From a virus (lineage: Duplodnaviria > Heunggongvirae > Uroviricota > Caudoviricetes), in the IMG/VR virus record IMGVR_UViG_2529292836_000023: a stretch of DNA of 34,006 bases; one strand, given 5' to 3'. Under the pieces are notes generated by a model. That model saw nothing but the letters and a program-made list of their open reading frames with translations, was not told the origin of the DNA and did not search any database. A program made the translations under genes and the position numbers. Below, in pieces: positions 18,186-27,558 of the stretch (position 1 is the stretch's first letter; every line of letters starts with the position of its first letter).

Positions 18186-18929
18186 TTAACTGGTTTTCTT
18201 TTTCGGGCGTCCACGTTTTGCCGGTGTCGCACTCCGGGTCTTACGCGTGGCACGGGTGGCCGCTTTGGGTTGCGGCTCCGGCTTCGGTTTCAGCTCCCGC
18301 TCCAGTCGTTCAATCTCTTTTTTGACGCCTGCCTGACAGTCGAGCTGTGTCGCACGTTGCAGGTGAGCCAGCGCACCGGCGGCATCACCAGCGTCACGCA
18401 GAAACAGACCGGTGATTTTGTGCAGCTTTGCGCGCACTTCATCAGGCATGTCAGCCGTGGCGGTCAGTTCAAGGGTGTCCGTCAGCAGGCGGGTATCCAC
18501 AGACTCACCCGCAGCGTGAGCGCGCATGGCCGCAAGCGCCACCTCCTCGGTGAACATGTACGGCGGGGTGCGGCGGTGTTTACCCGGCATGGTCAGACCG
18601 TACTTCAGGGCATAACGGGCAATCTCCAGCGCACCGGCAATATCGCCGGTATCCAGACGCCACAGCATGACCGTCATCAGAATGTCATCCTGTGCACCTT
18701 TGCCCTGCTCCAGCACGCCGTTCACCCACGGCAACCAGAACGGCAGCAGTTCGCGTTTTTTTGCGGCCTTCAGCTCTTTTGAGTAAATCGCTTTCAGTGT
18801 GCGCTGGTCTGCGGCGAGCTTAACCAGCATCTGCTCATAGACAGTTGCATGTCGCAGCGGGGCGGCTTCCCGCTGCGCGGTTATCGCTGCCGAGACCCGC
18901 ATCATGTGGCGCTGTGCGGGACTCGTCAT
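18186..18929 (-). CDS. M: Terminase endonuclease (small) subunit gpM
   Basis: 247 aa, same length and position as P2 M; basic Lys/Arg-rich C-terminus. Confidence 0.9.
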   Translation of the reverse strand: MTSPAQRHMMRVSAAITAQREAAPLRHATVYEQMLVKLAADQRTLKAIYSKELKAAKKRELLPFWLPWVNGVLEQGKGAQDDILMTVMLWRLDTGDIAGALEIARYALKYGLTMPGKHRRTPPYMFTEEVALAAMRAHAAGESVDTRLLTDTLELTATADMPDEVRAKLHKITGLFLRDAGDAAGALAHLQRATQLDCQAGVKKEIERLERELKPKPEPQPKAATRATRKTRSATPAKRGRPKKKTS

Positions 18930-18932
18930 CGG

Positions 18933-20006
18933 TTACGCTCCCGGCTCTGCGGTCGCCTTAACCGGTGTGGAGAAATCACCGACCTTAATTTTTTCCACCA
19001 GACAACCGGCGGCGTAGTCTTCCACCACGTAATCAATGTTCATTGACTCGTAGTTCTCCACGCGGTCGAGTTTCGGGTTTTCCTCAATCACGCGGCGATG
19101 GCTGTCATCCATGTAGTAGATGGACAGGTTTTCCAGCTTCGTGATGAGCATCGCATCCGCCGGGAAGTACGGGACGCGTACCGCCGGCAGGTTACCGATG
19201 CGTTTCTGGCTGATGATGACGTCAGCGGCCAGCATTTCGCTGTTGTCCTGCTCCTTGTTGACGATGGGAAAATACTTGTCCGCCAGTAGCTGACGTCCCA
19301 CAATCACCACAAGGTCAGGGTCTTCCTGATACCACGGCTCAATCAGGTTGTTGGTCGCATCCATCACCAGTGCATCGAGGCTGGCATAATCACCGCCCTT
19401 ACCCACGCGGATGACCTCAGAGGTGGTGCGACCTTCCTCGTCAGTGACCTTGCTCATCACGCGCGCCGGGGCTTCATTGCGGTATTTCTGCAGCCAGCCG
19501 ACCGCCACATCCTGCAGCATCTGGTTACTGCTGCGGTCAGAGGTTTCGGCACGCCTCACGCCGTTAAAACCGGCCATGATTAAATCAAGGGACTGGCGTT
19601 TGATAATGGCGTTACGGACACGGAGCTGGAAATCCTGATAACGCGCCCACAGGTCAAGCGTTTTGTAGCGGATATAAAAATCGAAGTTAATCTGGTCGCA
19701 TTCGTACTTGTTAGACGCCAGCTTCGAGAAGTCCTTCGGCTGACGCTCGGTGCCACCGGCGGTGTCTGTGGTGCTGGCGATGGAGCCGATGACACCAATA
19801 CCAATTTTTTCCCCTTTCATTTCGCTGACCGGCACAATGTTGATGCGGGTCAGAAAGTCAGAGGACTCCTGCATGGTGTTCATCAGGGTCTGGGTGACCG
19901 ACGGTTCAACGGTGAATTTTTTCGACACATCACCGGCGTCGATGCCGTTCAGTTCGGCAACACGGGACAGGTAGGCATTAAATTTAAAGCGGGTTTCCTG
20001 GCGCAT
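18933..20006 (-). CDS. N: Major capsid protein gpN
   Basis: 357 aa, same length and position as P2 N. Confidence 0.9.
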   Translation of the reverse strand: MRQETRFKFNAYLSRVAELNGIDAGDVSKKFTVEPSVTQTLMNTMQESSDFLTRINIVPVSEMKGEKIGIGVIGSIASTTDTAGGTERQPKDFSKLASNKYECDQINFDFYIRYKTLDLWARYQDFQLRVRNAIIKRQSLDLIMAGFNGVRRAETSDRSSNQMLQDVAVGWLQKYRNEAPARVMSKVTDEEGRTTSEVIRVGKGGDYASLDALVMDATNNLIEPWYQEDPDLVVIVGRQLLADKYFPIVNKEQDNSEMLAADVIISQKRIGNLPAVRVPYFPADAMLITKLENLSIYYMDDSHRRVIEENPKLDRVENYESMNIDYVVEDYAAGCLVEKIKVGDFSTPVKATAEPGA

Positions 20007-20064
20007 AGTTTTTCCTGAAATTAAGGGTTAATCGTGAAGGTTTTCCCGGACTGACTGACGCCGG

Positions 20065-20919
20065 TCAGCAGTTCGTCATCAGGGCATCACCGCCACCGCC
20101 GGTGGCCTTGCTGCGGCGCTGCTGGGTCAGACTTTCGGTGCTGTCGAGACTGTTTTTCAGGCGGGTGAATGCCTGGCTGGTTTCATCCGCCCTGTCAGTC
20201 ACATCCTGCTTAAGTGCGGAAAAAGCGGTTTCCATCTCAGCGAGGCGCTGCTCAGTGGCACTCAGCTTTTCCTGCACATGTTCAGCAACAGCGGTCACCG
20301 CTTCATGCACGTCATTCAGACGGGCGTCATCACTGGCCTGTTTGCGGCCAAAAATGGATTTCACCTTTTCGGTCAGGGCGGTGAACACGGTTTCAGGCAG
20401 GTCTTCAAATTCCAGCTCAACGGGCGTTGCCACTGAAATCAGGTTTTCAGGGCTTAATTTGAAGCGGTTCAGGGGGTTGTGTTTTGCCGTGCGGCAGAAT
20501 TCCAGGTATTCCGTGCCGAGGCTTGCCGGGTCATCGGTGACGGCCAGCCCCACCAGATAACATTTGCCGGTGTTGGCAAAGTTCGGCTGAATTTCCATTG
20601 AGGTGTAGACCTTCTGCGCGGCCTTGTTCATCGCGATAAGGTCATCGGTCGGGGTGATTTTCGCAAACAGCGCCCATTTGCCTTTCAGCGCCGAATCATC
20701 GTCAATCTTTTCGGCCTTCAGTTCGGCCACATCGCCATAACGTTTAAAAATACCGTCAGGCAGGATGCCGCGCAGATGTTCTAGGTTAATGCGGCAACCA
20801 TAGACTCGCGGGTCAAAGGTTTCGGCCATTTCCTGAATATCCTGCGCACTGATGACACGCCCGTCACAGGTGTCACCCTCAACGCCGATACGAAAGAATT
20901 TTGAGACTTTTTTTGCCAT
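20065..20919 (-). CDS. O: Capsid scaffolding protein gpO
   Basis: 284 aa from ATG at 20919 (MAKKVSKFFRIGVEGDTCDGRV...), matching P2 O; the 306-aa track ORF over-extends. Confidence 0.9.
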   Translation of the reverse strand: MAKKVSKFFRIGVEGDTCDGRVISAQDIQEMAETFDPRVYGCRINLEHLRGILPDGIFKRYGDVAELKAEKIDDDSALKGKWALFAKITPTDDLIAMNKAAQKVYTSMEIQPNFANTGKCYLVGLAVTDDPASLGTEYLEFCRTAKHNPLNRFKLSPENLISVATPVELEFEDLPETVFTALTEKVKSIFGRKQASDDARLNDVHEAVTAVAEHVQEKLSATEQRLAEMETAFSALKQDVTDRADETSQAFTRLKNSLDSTESLTQQRRSKATGGGGDALMTNC

Positions 20920-21092
20920 TGTCAGGAGTCCTGAATAGTGATTAGAGGAGTCACATGTCGGCATCAGTTTCCCGACGATGCGCATCCTCCGCCATCAGTC
21001 CCGGATGGCTTATCACTGACACAACAGCACCTTAGCGAATCGCAGGTCGCGACTCAGTAGCCTTGCCGTGTATTCATCACGGCGAGGTATTC
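20920..21092. promoter_or_regulatory. Divergent late-promoter region between O and P (expected Ogr-dependent promoters)
   Basis: Position equivalent to P2 P_O/P_P; an exact TGT-N12-ACA Ogr box was not found by eye, so assignment is positional only. Confidence 0.4.
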
Positions 21093-22865
21093 ATGACCAT
21101 CACCACAGACACCACTCTTTTACACGACCCGCGTCGTCAGGCGGCGCTGCTGTACTGGCAGGGTTTTTCCGTGCCGCAGATTGCCGCCATGTTGCAGATG
21201 AAACGCCCGACGGTGCAGAGCTGGAAACAGCGCGACGGCTGGGACAGCGTTGCCCCCATCAGCCGTGTCGAAATGAGTCTGGAAGCGCGGCTGACCCAGC
21301 TCATCATCAAACCGCAGAAAACCGGCGGTGACTTCAAGGAAATTGACCTGCTGGGACGCCAGATTGAACGACTGGCGCGGGTCAACCGCTACAGTCAGAC
21401 CGGCAACGAGGCAGACCTTAATCCGAACGTCGCTAACCGCAACAAAGGCGGGCGTCGCAAACCGAAAAAGAATTTTTTCAGCGACGAGGCCATCGAAAAG
21501 CTGGAGCAGATTTTCTTTGAGCAGTCTTTCGAATATCAGTTGCACTGGTATCGCGCAGGGCTTGAGCACCGCATCCGCGATATCCTGAAATCCCGCCAGA
21601 TTGGCGCGACGTTTTATTTTTCCCGCGAGGCGCTGCTGCGCGCCCTGAAAACCGGTCATAACCAGATTTTTCTGTCGGCCAGTAAAACGCAGGCGTATGT
21701 GTTCCGCGAATACATCATCGCCTTTGCCCGGCTGGTTGACGTTGACCTGACCGGTGACCCGATTGTCCTGGGCAATAACGGCGCAAAACTGATTTTTCTC
21801 GGCACCAACTCCAACACCGCACAGAGCCATAACGGCGACCTGTACGTCGACGAGATTTTCTGGATCCCGAATTTTCAGGTGCTCCGTAAGGTGGCATCAG
21901 GTATGGCCTCACAGAGTCACCTGCGCTCGACCTATTTCTCCACCCCGTCCACGCTGGCGCACGACGCCTACCCGTTCTGGTCAGGTGAACTGTTTAACCG
22001 GGGACGCGCCAGCGCCGCCGAACGCGTGGAAATCGACGTCAGTCATAACGCCCTTGCCGGTGGGCTTCTCTGTGCGGACGGCCAGTGGCGGCAGATTGTC
22101 ACCATTGAGGACGCCCTGAAAGGCGGCTGCACGCTGTTCGACATTGAACAGCTCAAACGCGAAAACAGCGCCGACGATTTTAAAAACCTGTTCATGTGTG
22201 AATTTGTTGACGACAAGGCGTCGGTGTTCCCGTTCGAGGAGCTGCAACGCTGCATGGTCGACACGCTGGAAGAATGGGAAGACTATGCGCCGTTTGCCGC
22301 CAATCCGTTCGGCTCACGTCCGGTATGGATTGGTTACGACCCGTCACACCGTGGCGACAGCGCCGGATGCGTGGTGCTGGCACCGCCGGTGGTGGCCGGT
22401 GGCAAATTCAGAATACTTGAGCGTCACCAGTGGAAAGGCATGGACTTTGCCACCCAGGCTGAATCCATCCGCAAACTCACCGAAAAATATAACGTCGAAT
22501 ACATCGGTATTGATGCCACCGGCCTCGGTGTCGGCGTGTTCCAGCTCGTGCGCTCGTTCTATCCCGCCGCGCGCGATATCCGCTACACGCCGGAAATGAA
22601 AACTGCAATGGTGCTCAAGGCAAAAGACGTTATCCGCCGTGGCTGTCTGGAATATGACGTCAGCGCCACCGACATCACCAGCTCGTTCATGGCTATCCGC
22701 AAGACCATGACCAGCAGCGGACGCAGCGCCACCTATGAGGCCAGCCGCAGCGAGGAAGCCAGCCACGCCGACCTCGCCTGGGCGACCATGCACGCCCTGT
22801 TAAATGAGCCACTCACCGCGGGTATCAGCACCCCGCTGACATCCACCATTCTGGAGTTTTACTGA
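21093..22865 (+). CDS. P: Terminase ATPase (large) subunit gpP
   Basis: 590 aa from ATG 21093 (GAGG upstream; MTITTDTTLLHDPRRQAALLYWQGFSVPQIA...), matching P2 P length and position. Confidence 0.9.
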   Translation: MTITTDTTLLHDPRRQAALLYWQGFSVPQIAAMLQMKRPTVQSWKQRDGWDSVAPISRVEMSLEARLTQLIIKPQKTGGDFKEIDLLGRQIERLARVNRYSQTGNEADLNPNVANRNKGGRRKPKKNFFSDEAIEKLEQIFFEQSFEYQLHWYRAGLEHRIRDILKSRQIGATFYFSREALLRALKTGHNQIFLSASKTQAYVFREYIIAFARLVDVDLTGDPIVLGNNGAKLIFLGTNSNTAQSHNGDLYVDEIFWIPNFQVLRKVASGMASQSHLRSTYFSTPSTLAHDAYPFWSGELFNRGRASAAERVEIDVSHNALAGGLLCADGQWRQIVTIEDALKGGCTLFDIEQLKRENSADDFKNLFMCEFVDDKASVFPFEELQRCMVDTLEEWEDYAPFAANPFGSRPVWIGYDPSHRGDSAGCVVLAPPVVAGGKFRILERHQWKGMDFATQAESIRKLTEKYNVEYIGIDATGLGVGVFQLVRSFYPAARDIRYTPEMKTAMVLKAKDVIRRGCLEYDVSATDITSSFMAIRKTMTSSGRSATYEASRSEEASHADLAWATMHALLNEPLTAGISTPLTSTILEFY

Positions 22866-23899
22866 TGAGCAAGAAAAAAGGGAAAACACCGCAACCTGCG
22901 GCAAAAACAATGACCGCCAGCGCCCCGAAAATGGAGGCATTCACCTTTGGTGAGCCGGTGCCGGTACTCGACCGCCGTGACATTCTGGATTACGTCGAGT
23001 GCATCAGTAACGGCAGATGGTATGAGCCACCGGTCAGCTTTACCGGTCTGGCGAAAAGCCTGCGTGCTGCCGTGCATCACAGCTCACCGATTTACGTCAA
23101 ACGTAATATTCTGGCCTCGACATTTATCCCGCATCCGTGGCTTTCACAACAGGATTTCAGCCGCTTTGTGCTGGATTTTCTGGTGTTCGGTAATGCGTTT
23201 CTGGAAAAGCGTTACAGCACCACCGGTAAGGTCATCAGACTGGAAACCTCACCGGCCAAATATACCCGTCGTGGCGTGGAGGAGGATGTTTACTGGTGGG
23301 TGCCGTCCTTCAACGAGCCGACAGCCTTCGCGCCCGGCTCCGTGTTTCACCTGCTGGAGCCTGATATTAATCAGGAGCTGTACGGCCTGCCGGAATATCT
23401 CAGCGCCCTTAACTCTGCCTGGCTGAATGAGTCGGCCACGCTGTTCCGCCGCAAGTATTACGAAAACGGCGCACATGCCGGATACATCATGTACGTCACC
23501 GATGCCGTGCAGGACCGCAACGATATCGAAATGCTTCGCGAAAACATGGTGAAGTCGAAAGGCCGCAATAACTTTAAAAATCTGTTTCTCTATGCCCCGC
23601 AGGGGAAAGCCGACGGCATTAAAATTATCCCCCTCAGTGAAGTGGCGACGAAGGACGATTTTTTTAATATCAAAAAAGCCAGCGCCGCTGACCTGCTGGA
23701 CGCGCACCGCATCCCCTTTCAGTTGATGGGGGGCAAGCCGGAGAACGTCGGGTCGCTGGGTGATATTGAGAAAGTGGCAAAGGTCTTTGTCCGCAATGAG
23801 CTTATCCCGTTACAGGACAGGATCCGCGAGATAAACGGCTGGCTCGGTCAGGAGGTCATCCGCTTTAAAAACTACTCACTGGACACTGACAACGGCTGA
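22865..23899 (+). CDS. Q: Portal protein gpQ
   Basis: 344 aa, same length and position as P2 Q, next to cos. Confidence 0.9.
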   Translation: MSKKKGKTPQPAAKTMTASAPKMEAFTFGEPVPVLDRRDILDYVECISNGRWYEPPVSFTGLAKSLRAAVHHSSPIYVKRNILASTFIPHPWLSQQDFSRFVLDFLVFGNAFLEKRYSTTGKVIRLETSPAKYTRRGVEEDVYWWVPSFNEPTAFAPGSVFHLLEPDINQELYGLPEYLSALNSAWLNESATLFRRKYYENGAHAGYIMYVTDAVQDRNDIEMLRENMVKSKGRNNFKNLFLYAPQGKADGIKIIPLSEVATKDDFFNIKKASAADLLDAHRIPFQLMGGKPENVGSLGDIEKVAKVFVRNELIPLQDRIREINGWLGQEVIRFKNYSLDTDNG

Positions 23900-23904
23900 A
23901 CATC

Positions 23905-23926
23905 GCCGCCTGCGGGCGGCTTTTTT
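23905..23926 (+). terminator. Intrinsic terminator after Q
   Basis: GCCGCC-TGCG-GGCGGC hairpin followed by TTTTTT. Confidence 0.55.
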
Positions 23927-24068
23927 ACACCCCGTCATCACGCCCTCACACGCTCACCACCGCACAAAACAGCCCGCAGACACACCAACTCCCCGGCGAA
24001 CAATCTAAACGCCATCACGACGCGCTCAGACGCTGAAAAAATAAAATCAGCACCACCGCCAGCGCGCA

Positions 24069-24087
24069 GTGCTTCCCCCGCCTCGCC
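24069..24087. other. cos: cos cohesive-end site (19 nt)
   Basis: GTGCTTCCCCCGCCTCGCC is the reverse complement of GGCGAGGCGGGGGAAGCAC, one mismatch from the recalled P2 cohesive end GGCGAGGCGGGGAAAGCAC; located just past Q as in P2. Confidence 0.6.
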
Positions 24088-24403
24088 CGCCCGCTTCATG
24101 GGGCGGTTTTAATGCAGTTGCATGATATGGCCTAACGCGTATCAGCCCTGACATAGCAGGATTGGAAAATGCTTAACAGATGCATGCAAAATCATTCAAC
24201 GCACAAATGCGTTATACACAATTAACAACGACTTATCCGGTTGTTTGCTTTTCTAATGAACAATAAAAAAACACTCTTCGTACAATGTATGATCTGAATC
24301 ACAAAACGCAAACAAGAAAGGTGTAAACACATTGATTTTTAAACAAAAATAATCACCATTAAGATTAATCTCACTTTTCACGGCATAACCTATGGGAGAT
24401 AAA

Positions 24404-26998
24404 ATGTCTGAACGTGATGTCACCAAAGCTAAGTTAGCGTTAAAAAAAAGAACAGTTAAAGATTTGGCTGATTATATAAAAATAAAATCAGGAACAACTC
24501 CTGACTATTCGCTATTCCTCGGTGCTGGTGCGTCTGTCACATCGGGAATCAAAACTGGTCAAGAGCTTGTAGAGGAATGGAGAGCTGAAATATATACAAG
24601 ATTATCAAATAAAAAATACTCCGATTCAGAGGAAGCCAAAACATGGTTAGCAACAAACTACCCTGAATGGTATGATCAAAATAATGAGTATTCTTCCCTT
24701 TTCGAAAAAAAATTTGATCTTCCATCTCAACGCAGACGATTTGTTGAACTTCAAGTAGATAAAAAATTACCTTCAATAGGATATGCTTACCTTGTCGAAT
24801 TGTTTGAATCAAAATTTTTTGATACCGTTTTCACAACAAACTTTGACGACTTGATAAATGAAGCATTTTATCAATTTTCTTCGGATAGGCCATTATTATG
24901 CGCACATGACTCATCAATTAAAGGTGTTTCAATCACATCATCCAGACCTAAAATAATAAAACTTCATGGTGACTATCTGTTCGACAGCATAAAAAGCTCC
25001 TTAAAGGAAACAGAGTCATTAGAAGGCAATACGCGTGAGAAACTCACTGAATTCACCAAAGAGTATGGACTAATCTTTGTTGGTTATGCTGGGAATGATA
25101 GCTCCATCATGGATGTAATAAAATACCTTCTAAAACAAGATGACTATCTTAGAAATGGAATATATTGGTGTATAAGAAAAAATGACAATATCTCACCAGA
25201 ACTTTTTAAATTACTTAGTCAAGAAAAAGTTTATTGGGTAGAAATTGATGGCTTTGACGAACTAATGGCCGAATTAGCTTTAGATTTAGGGTGTAGTCTT
25301 TCACTCGGAGGAAATCAAAAATACACAAAAAGAGAAAGAATGATTCAAAACTTCATAAATGATAAATACAATTTATCAACAAATGAAATAATCAACTCTG
25401 ATATATTGAGATTAAAAAGGCAAACACTTACGCATGATATATCATCATTAATCAATGAGCTTTCCCAAAGCGATGTTGATGATCAAAAAATACCTGAAGA
25501 GGACTTTAAAAATTTATTATATATTGACAATCTGATTAGAAGTAAAAACTATTCCAATGCCGAAGCCAGATTAAACACATTAATTAATGATGCAGATAAT
25601 GACAATATAAAATCAAAATATTTACGTCGCCTAATTGAGATTAAGGAAGATCAAAAAGATACGAAATCAGCTTTAGAGTATAGTGATAAATTGATCGCGC
25701 TTGATGAATTCAATATAAATTATGTTTTATCCAGGACAAACATTTTTACAGATGTAAAAGAAAAAGTTAATTACCTTAAGAGCTTATTGGAGAAATTTAC
25801 ATACAGCATCAGTCTTAAAAACCACCTATGCAAAATTGCACTATCATACTTAGAAAATAACAATGAAGAATTAATAAGCTTTAAGGAAATACACGAAATG
25901 CTTGAAAAAAGCATTCATCAAAACAGCAGCCTTGATAATATTGCATGGATGATAAAGTATAATGCGATAAAAACTGAATACCAATCAAGCTATGATAGAA
26001 CCGAATGCAATAAATTACTTTCCGAATTACTGGATAGAATCAAAGAAATCAACCCAATTCACGATACATATTTACACCTATATTCTGAATTCACATGCTC
26101 CTTACAGAAAAAGGATGAGATTCTAACATGTGTAGAGACGCTATCCAACATCTACAAAACATCATCCAAAAACAAAAAAAGAAATATTTTAACATATCTA
26201 ACAAAACTCCATCTGTCATTATTCGAGGTAGACTATAATGAAAAAACACCTCGTTTGATGAAAGATTTTATTGATAAATATGATGGTGATGGTGATATCG
26301 CCAGAATAGCCCCTTTTATCATATTTAAATCAAGATATGAAATCGGTTGTAACAAAGACATTAATACTGGTATTAAACTTGCAAAAGAAGCCATGGATAG
26401 CACTTGGAAAAACAATCAAATAGATAATATTGTTGAAATTCTATTAATTGACAAAAATAACATTCCACTGGTTGAGGAATTCATAGAAAACCTCCCTAGA
26501 GATACTTCAAGCATTCTCTTACTGAAGTTAAAGTCCGACATTTCAACTTTAAAGGGAAATTATAAAGAAGCTATAAATCTCATTGATCAAGCATTTGACG
26601 AAGGGTGGAACTTTAGCGATTACACCATAAGAAAATCTTATATAAATCTCTTGGCAAAGAATTATCATGAAACAATTAAAATTGCCAATGAAAGTTTAGG
26701 GAAAATAAAAAACTACAAGGAGAAAGATGTTCTACTAATTAACAAAGAGGTTGCCAAGAAAAAAGACAATCAAGAAATTACTAAACATGACATCCGCACA
26801 ATTTTATCCCACCACAATTCAAAGGGTTATGTTTCTATGTGTGCATTCTTCCTGCTAGACGAGGAAAGAAACGCCAAAAAACAACTACAATCATTGATAG
26901 AAAAAGATTTCATGAACTATTACAGATTTTCGCTTTGGCCAGCAATCCCTGAAAATGCGCTATTGCAATACAAACCCAACATAAATTTAGCAGCTTAA
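24404..26998 (+). CDS. SIR2-domain protein with long helical C-terminal region; candidate anti-phage NADase effector (family unassigned)
   Basis: ORF opens at 24392 but ATG 24404 has the better Shine-Dalgarno (GGGAGA). Ordered SIR2 signature LFLGAGAS ... TTNFDD ... KLHGD in the N-terminal ~200 aa; no Walker A motif; AT-rich island with its own terminator; occupies the P2 old/tin locus. Confidence 0.85.
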   Translation: MSERDVTKAKLALKKRTVKDLADYIKIKSGTTPDYSLFLGAGASVTSGIKTGQELVEEWRAEIYTRLSNKKYSDSEEAKTWLATNYPEWYDQNNEYSSLFEKKFDLPSQRRRFVELQVDKKLPSIGYAYLVELFESKFFDTVFTTNFDDLINEAFYQFSSDRPLLCAHDSSIKGVSITSSRPKIIKLHGDYLFDSIKSSLKETESLEGNTREKLTEFTKEYGLIFVGYAGNDSSIMDVIKYLLKQDDYLRNGIYWCIRKNDNISPELFKLLSQEKVYWVEIDGFDELMAELALDLGCSLSLGGNQKYTKRERMIQNFINDKYNLSTNEIINSDILRLKRQTLTHDISSLINELSQSDVDDQKIPEEDFKNLLYIDNLIRSKNYSNAEARLNTLINDADNDNIKSKYLRRLIEIKEDQKDTKSALEYSDKLIALDEFNINYVLSRTNIFTDVKEKVNYLKSLLEKFTYSISLKNHLCKIALSYLENNNEELISFKEIHEMLEKSIHQNSSLDNIAWMIKYNAIKTEYQSSYDRTECNKLLSELLDRIKEINPIHDTYLHLYSEFTCSLQKKDEILTCVETLSNIYKTSSKNKKRNILTYLTKLHLSLFEVDYNEKTPRLMKDFIDKYDGDGDIARIAPFIIFKSRYEIGCNKDINTGIKLAKEAMDSTWKNNQIDNIVEILLIDKNNIPLVEEFIENLPRDTSSILLLKLKSDISTLKGNYKEAINLIDQAFDEGWNFSDYTIRKSYINLLAKNYHETIKIANESLGKIKNYKEKDVLLINKEVAKKKDNQEITKHDIRTILSHHNSKGYVSMCAFFLLDEERNAKKQLQSLIEKDFMNYYRFSLWPAIPENALLQYKPNINLAA

Positions 26999-27006
26999 TT
27001 TTTCAT

Positions 27007-27041
27007 GGGCAAGAATACTTTCTTGCCCTTTATTGTATTTT
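27007..27041 (+). terminator. Intrinsic terminator after the SIR2-domain gene
   Basis: 9-bp stem GGGCAAGAA/TTCTTGCCC, 4-nt loop, then T-rich tract TTTATTGTATTTT. Confidence 0.6.
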
Positions 27042-27558
27042 ATAAGAAAGTACACACATGTCTTCTCTACCTGATTTAAATAATCATTCTTTCCATTAAT
27101 GGCAAGCCGTACCAGACTCCCCTTTTTCTGGTTTATACATAGCTGCAATATGAGCAGACTCTTAAATTTTATTATGCTCAAGTAAAAGTTCTCCCTCGTA
27201 GAAGGCGACATTGGTTTCTCCCCAAAGAGGCGCACTAAAAGCCCTAAAAGAAGTTTCTGCCAGTCCTGTTAGATTCAAACCCCAAGATACCAAAACCTGC
27301 TGAAAAACACGCCCACAGAACGTGGTTTTCAGTTTGCGATAGAATCTACATATCTATTTCACAGAGCTACACCTAATCTAACCGTTATTTCTGTACATGA
27401 TGTAAACATCGCTGAGTGGTACAGAAAGAAACTATCAACTCAGTTTTGTGTTAATACAAATAATTATATATTTTTTCCTTGCGACTCAGTGCGTTTCGTT
27501 TTTTACAGCACAAGGTCGAAATATTTTGCGTGCAGCTTTACCTCGTGAATTTTTGCCA

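Noticed and set aside
20920-21092. Exact Ogr box (TGT-N12-ACA) in the O/P divergent region and upstream of FI
   Set aside because: Only near-matches were found by eye; the regions are annotated positionally without claiming a specific binding site.
24392-26998. Assignment of the SIR2 protein to Thoeris, SIR2-HerA, SIR2-Argonaute or Avs-type systems
   Set aside because: No adjacent TIR, HerA or Argonaute ORF, and no Walker A P-loop in the protein, so these multi-gene or STAND architectures do not fit. The single-gene SIR2-plus-helical-domain reading is kept instead.
26987-27235. 82-aa minus-strand ORF just downstream of the SIR2-domain gene, considered as a possible partner gene
   Set aside because: It begins with a GTG, overlaps the cargo gene stop and its terminator hairpin, and has an odd composition; no Shine-Dalgarno was seen. 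It is not a TIR or HerA-like partner.
23927-27558. Search for P2 old, tin or orf91 homologues between cos and A
   Set aside because: No ORF of the expected sizes, and no Walker A/TOPRIM-containing protein; the locus is occupied by the unrelated SIR2-domain gene.
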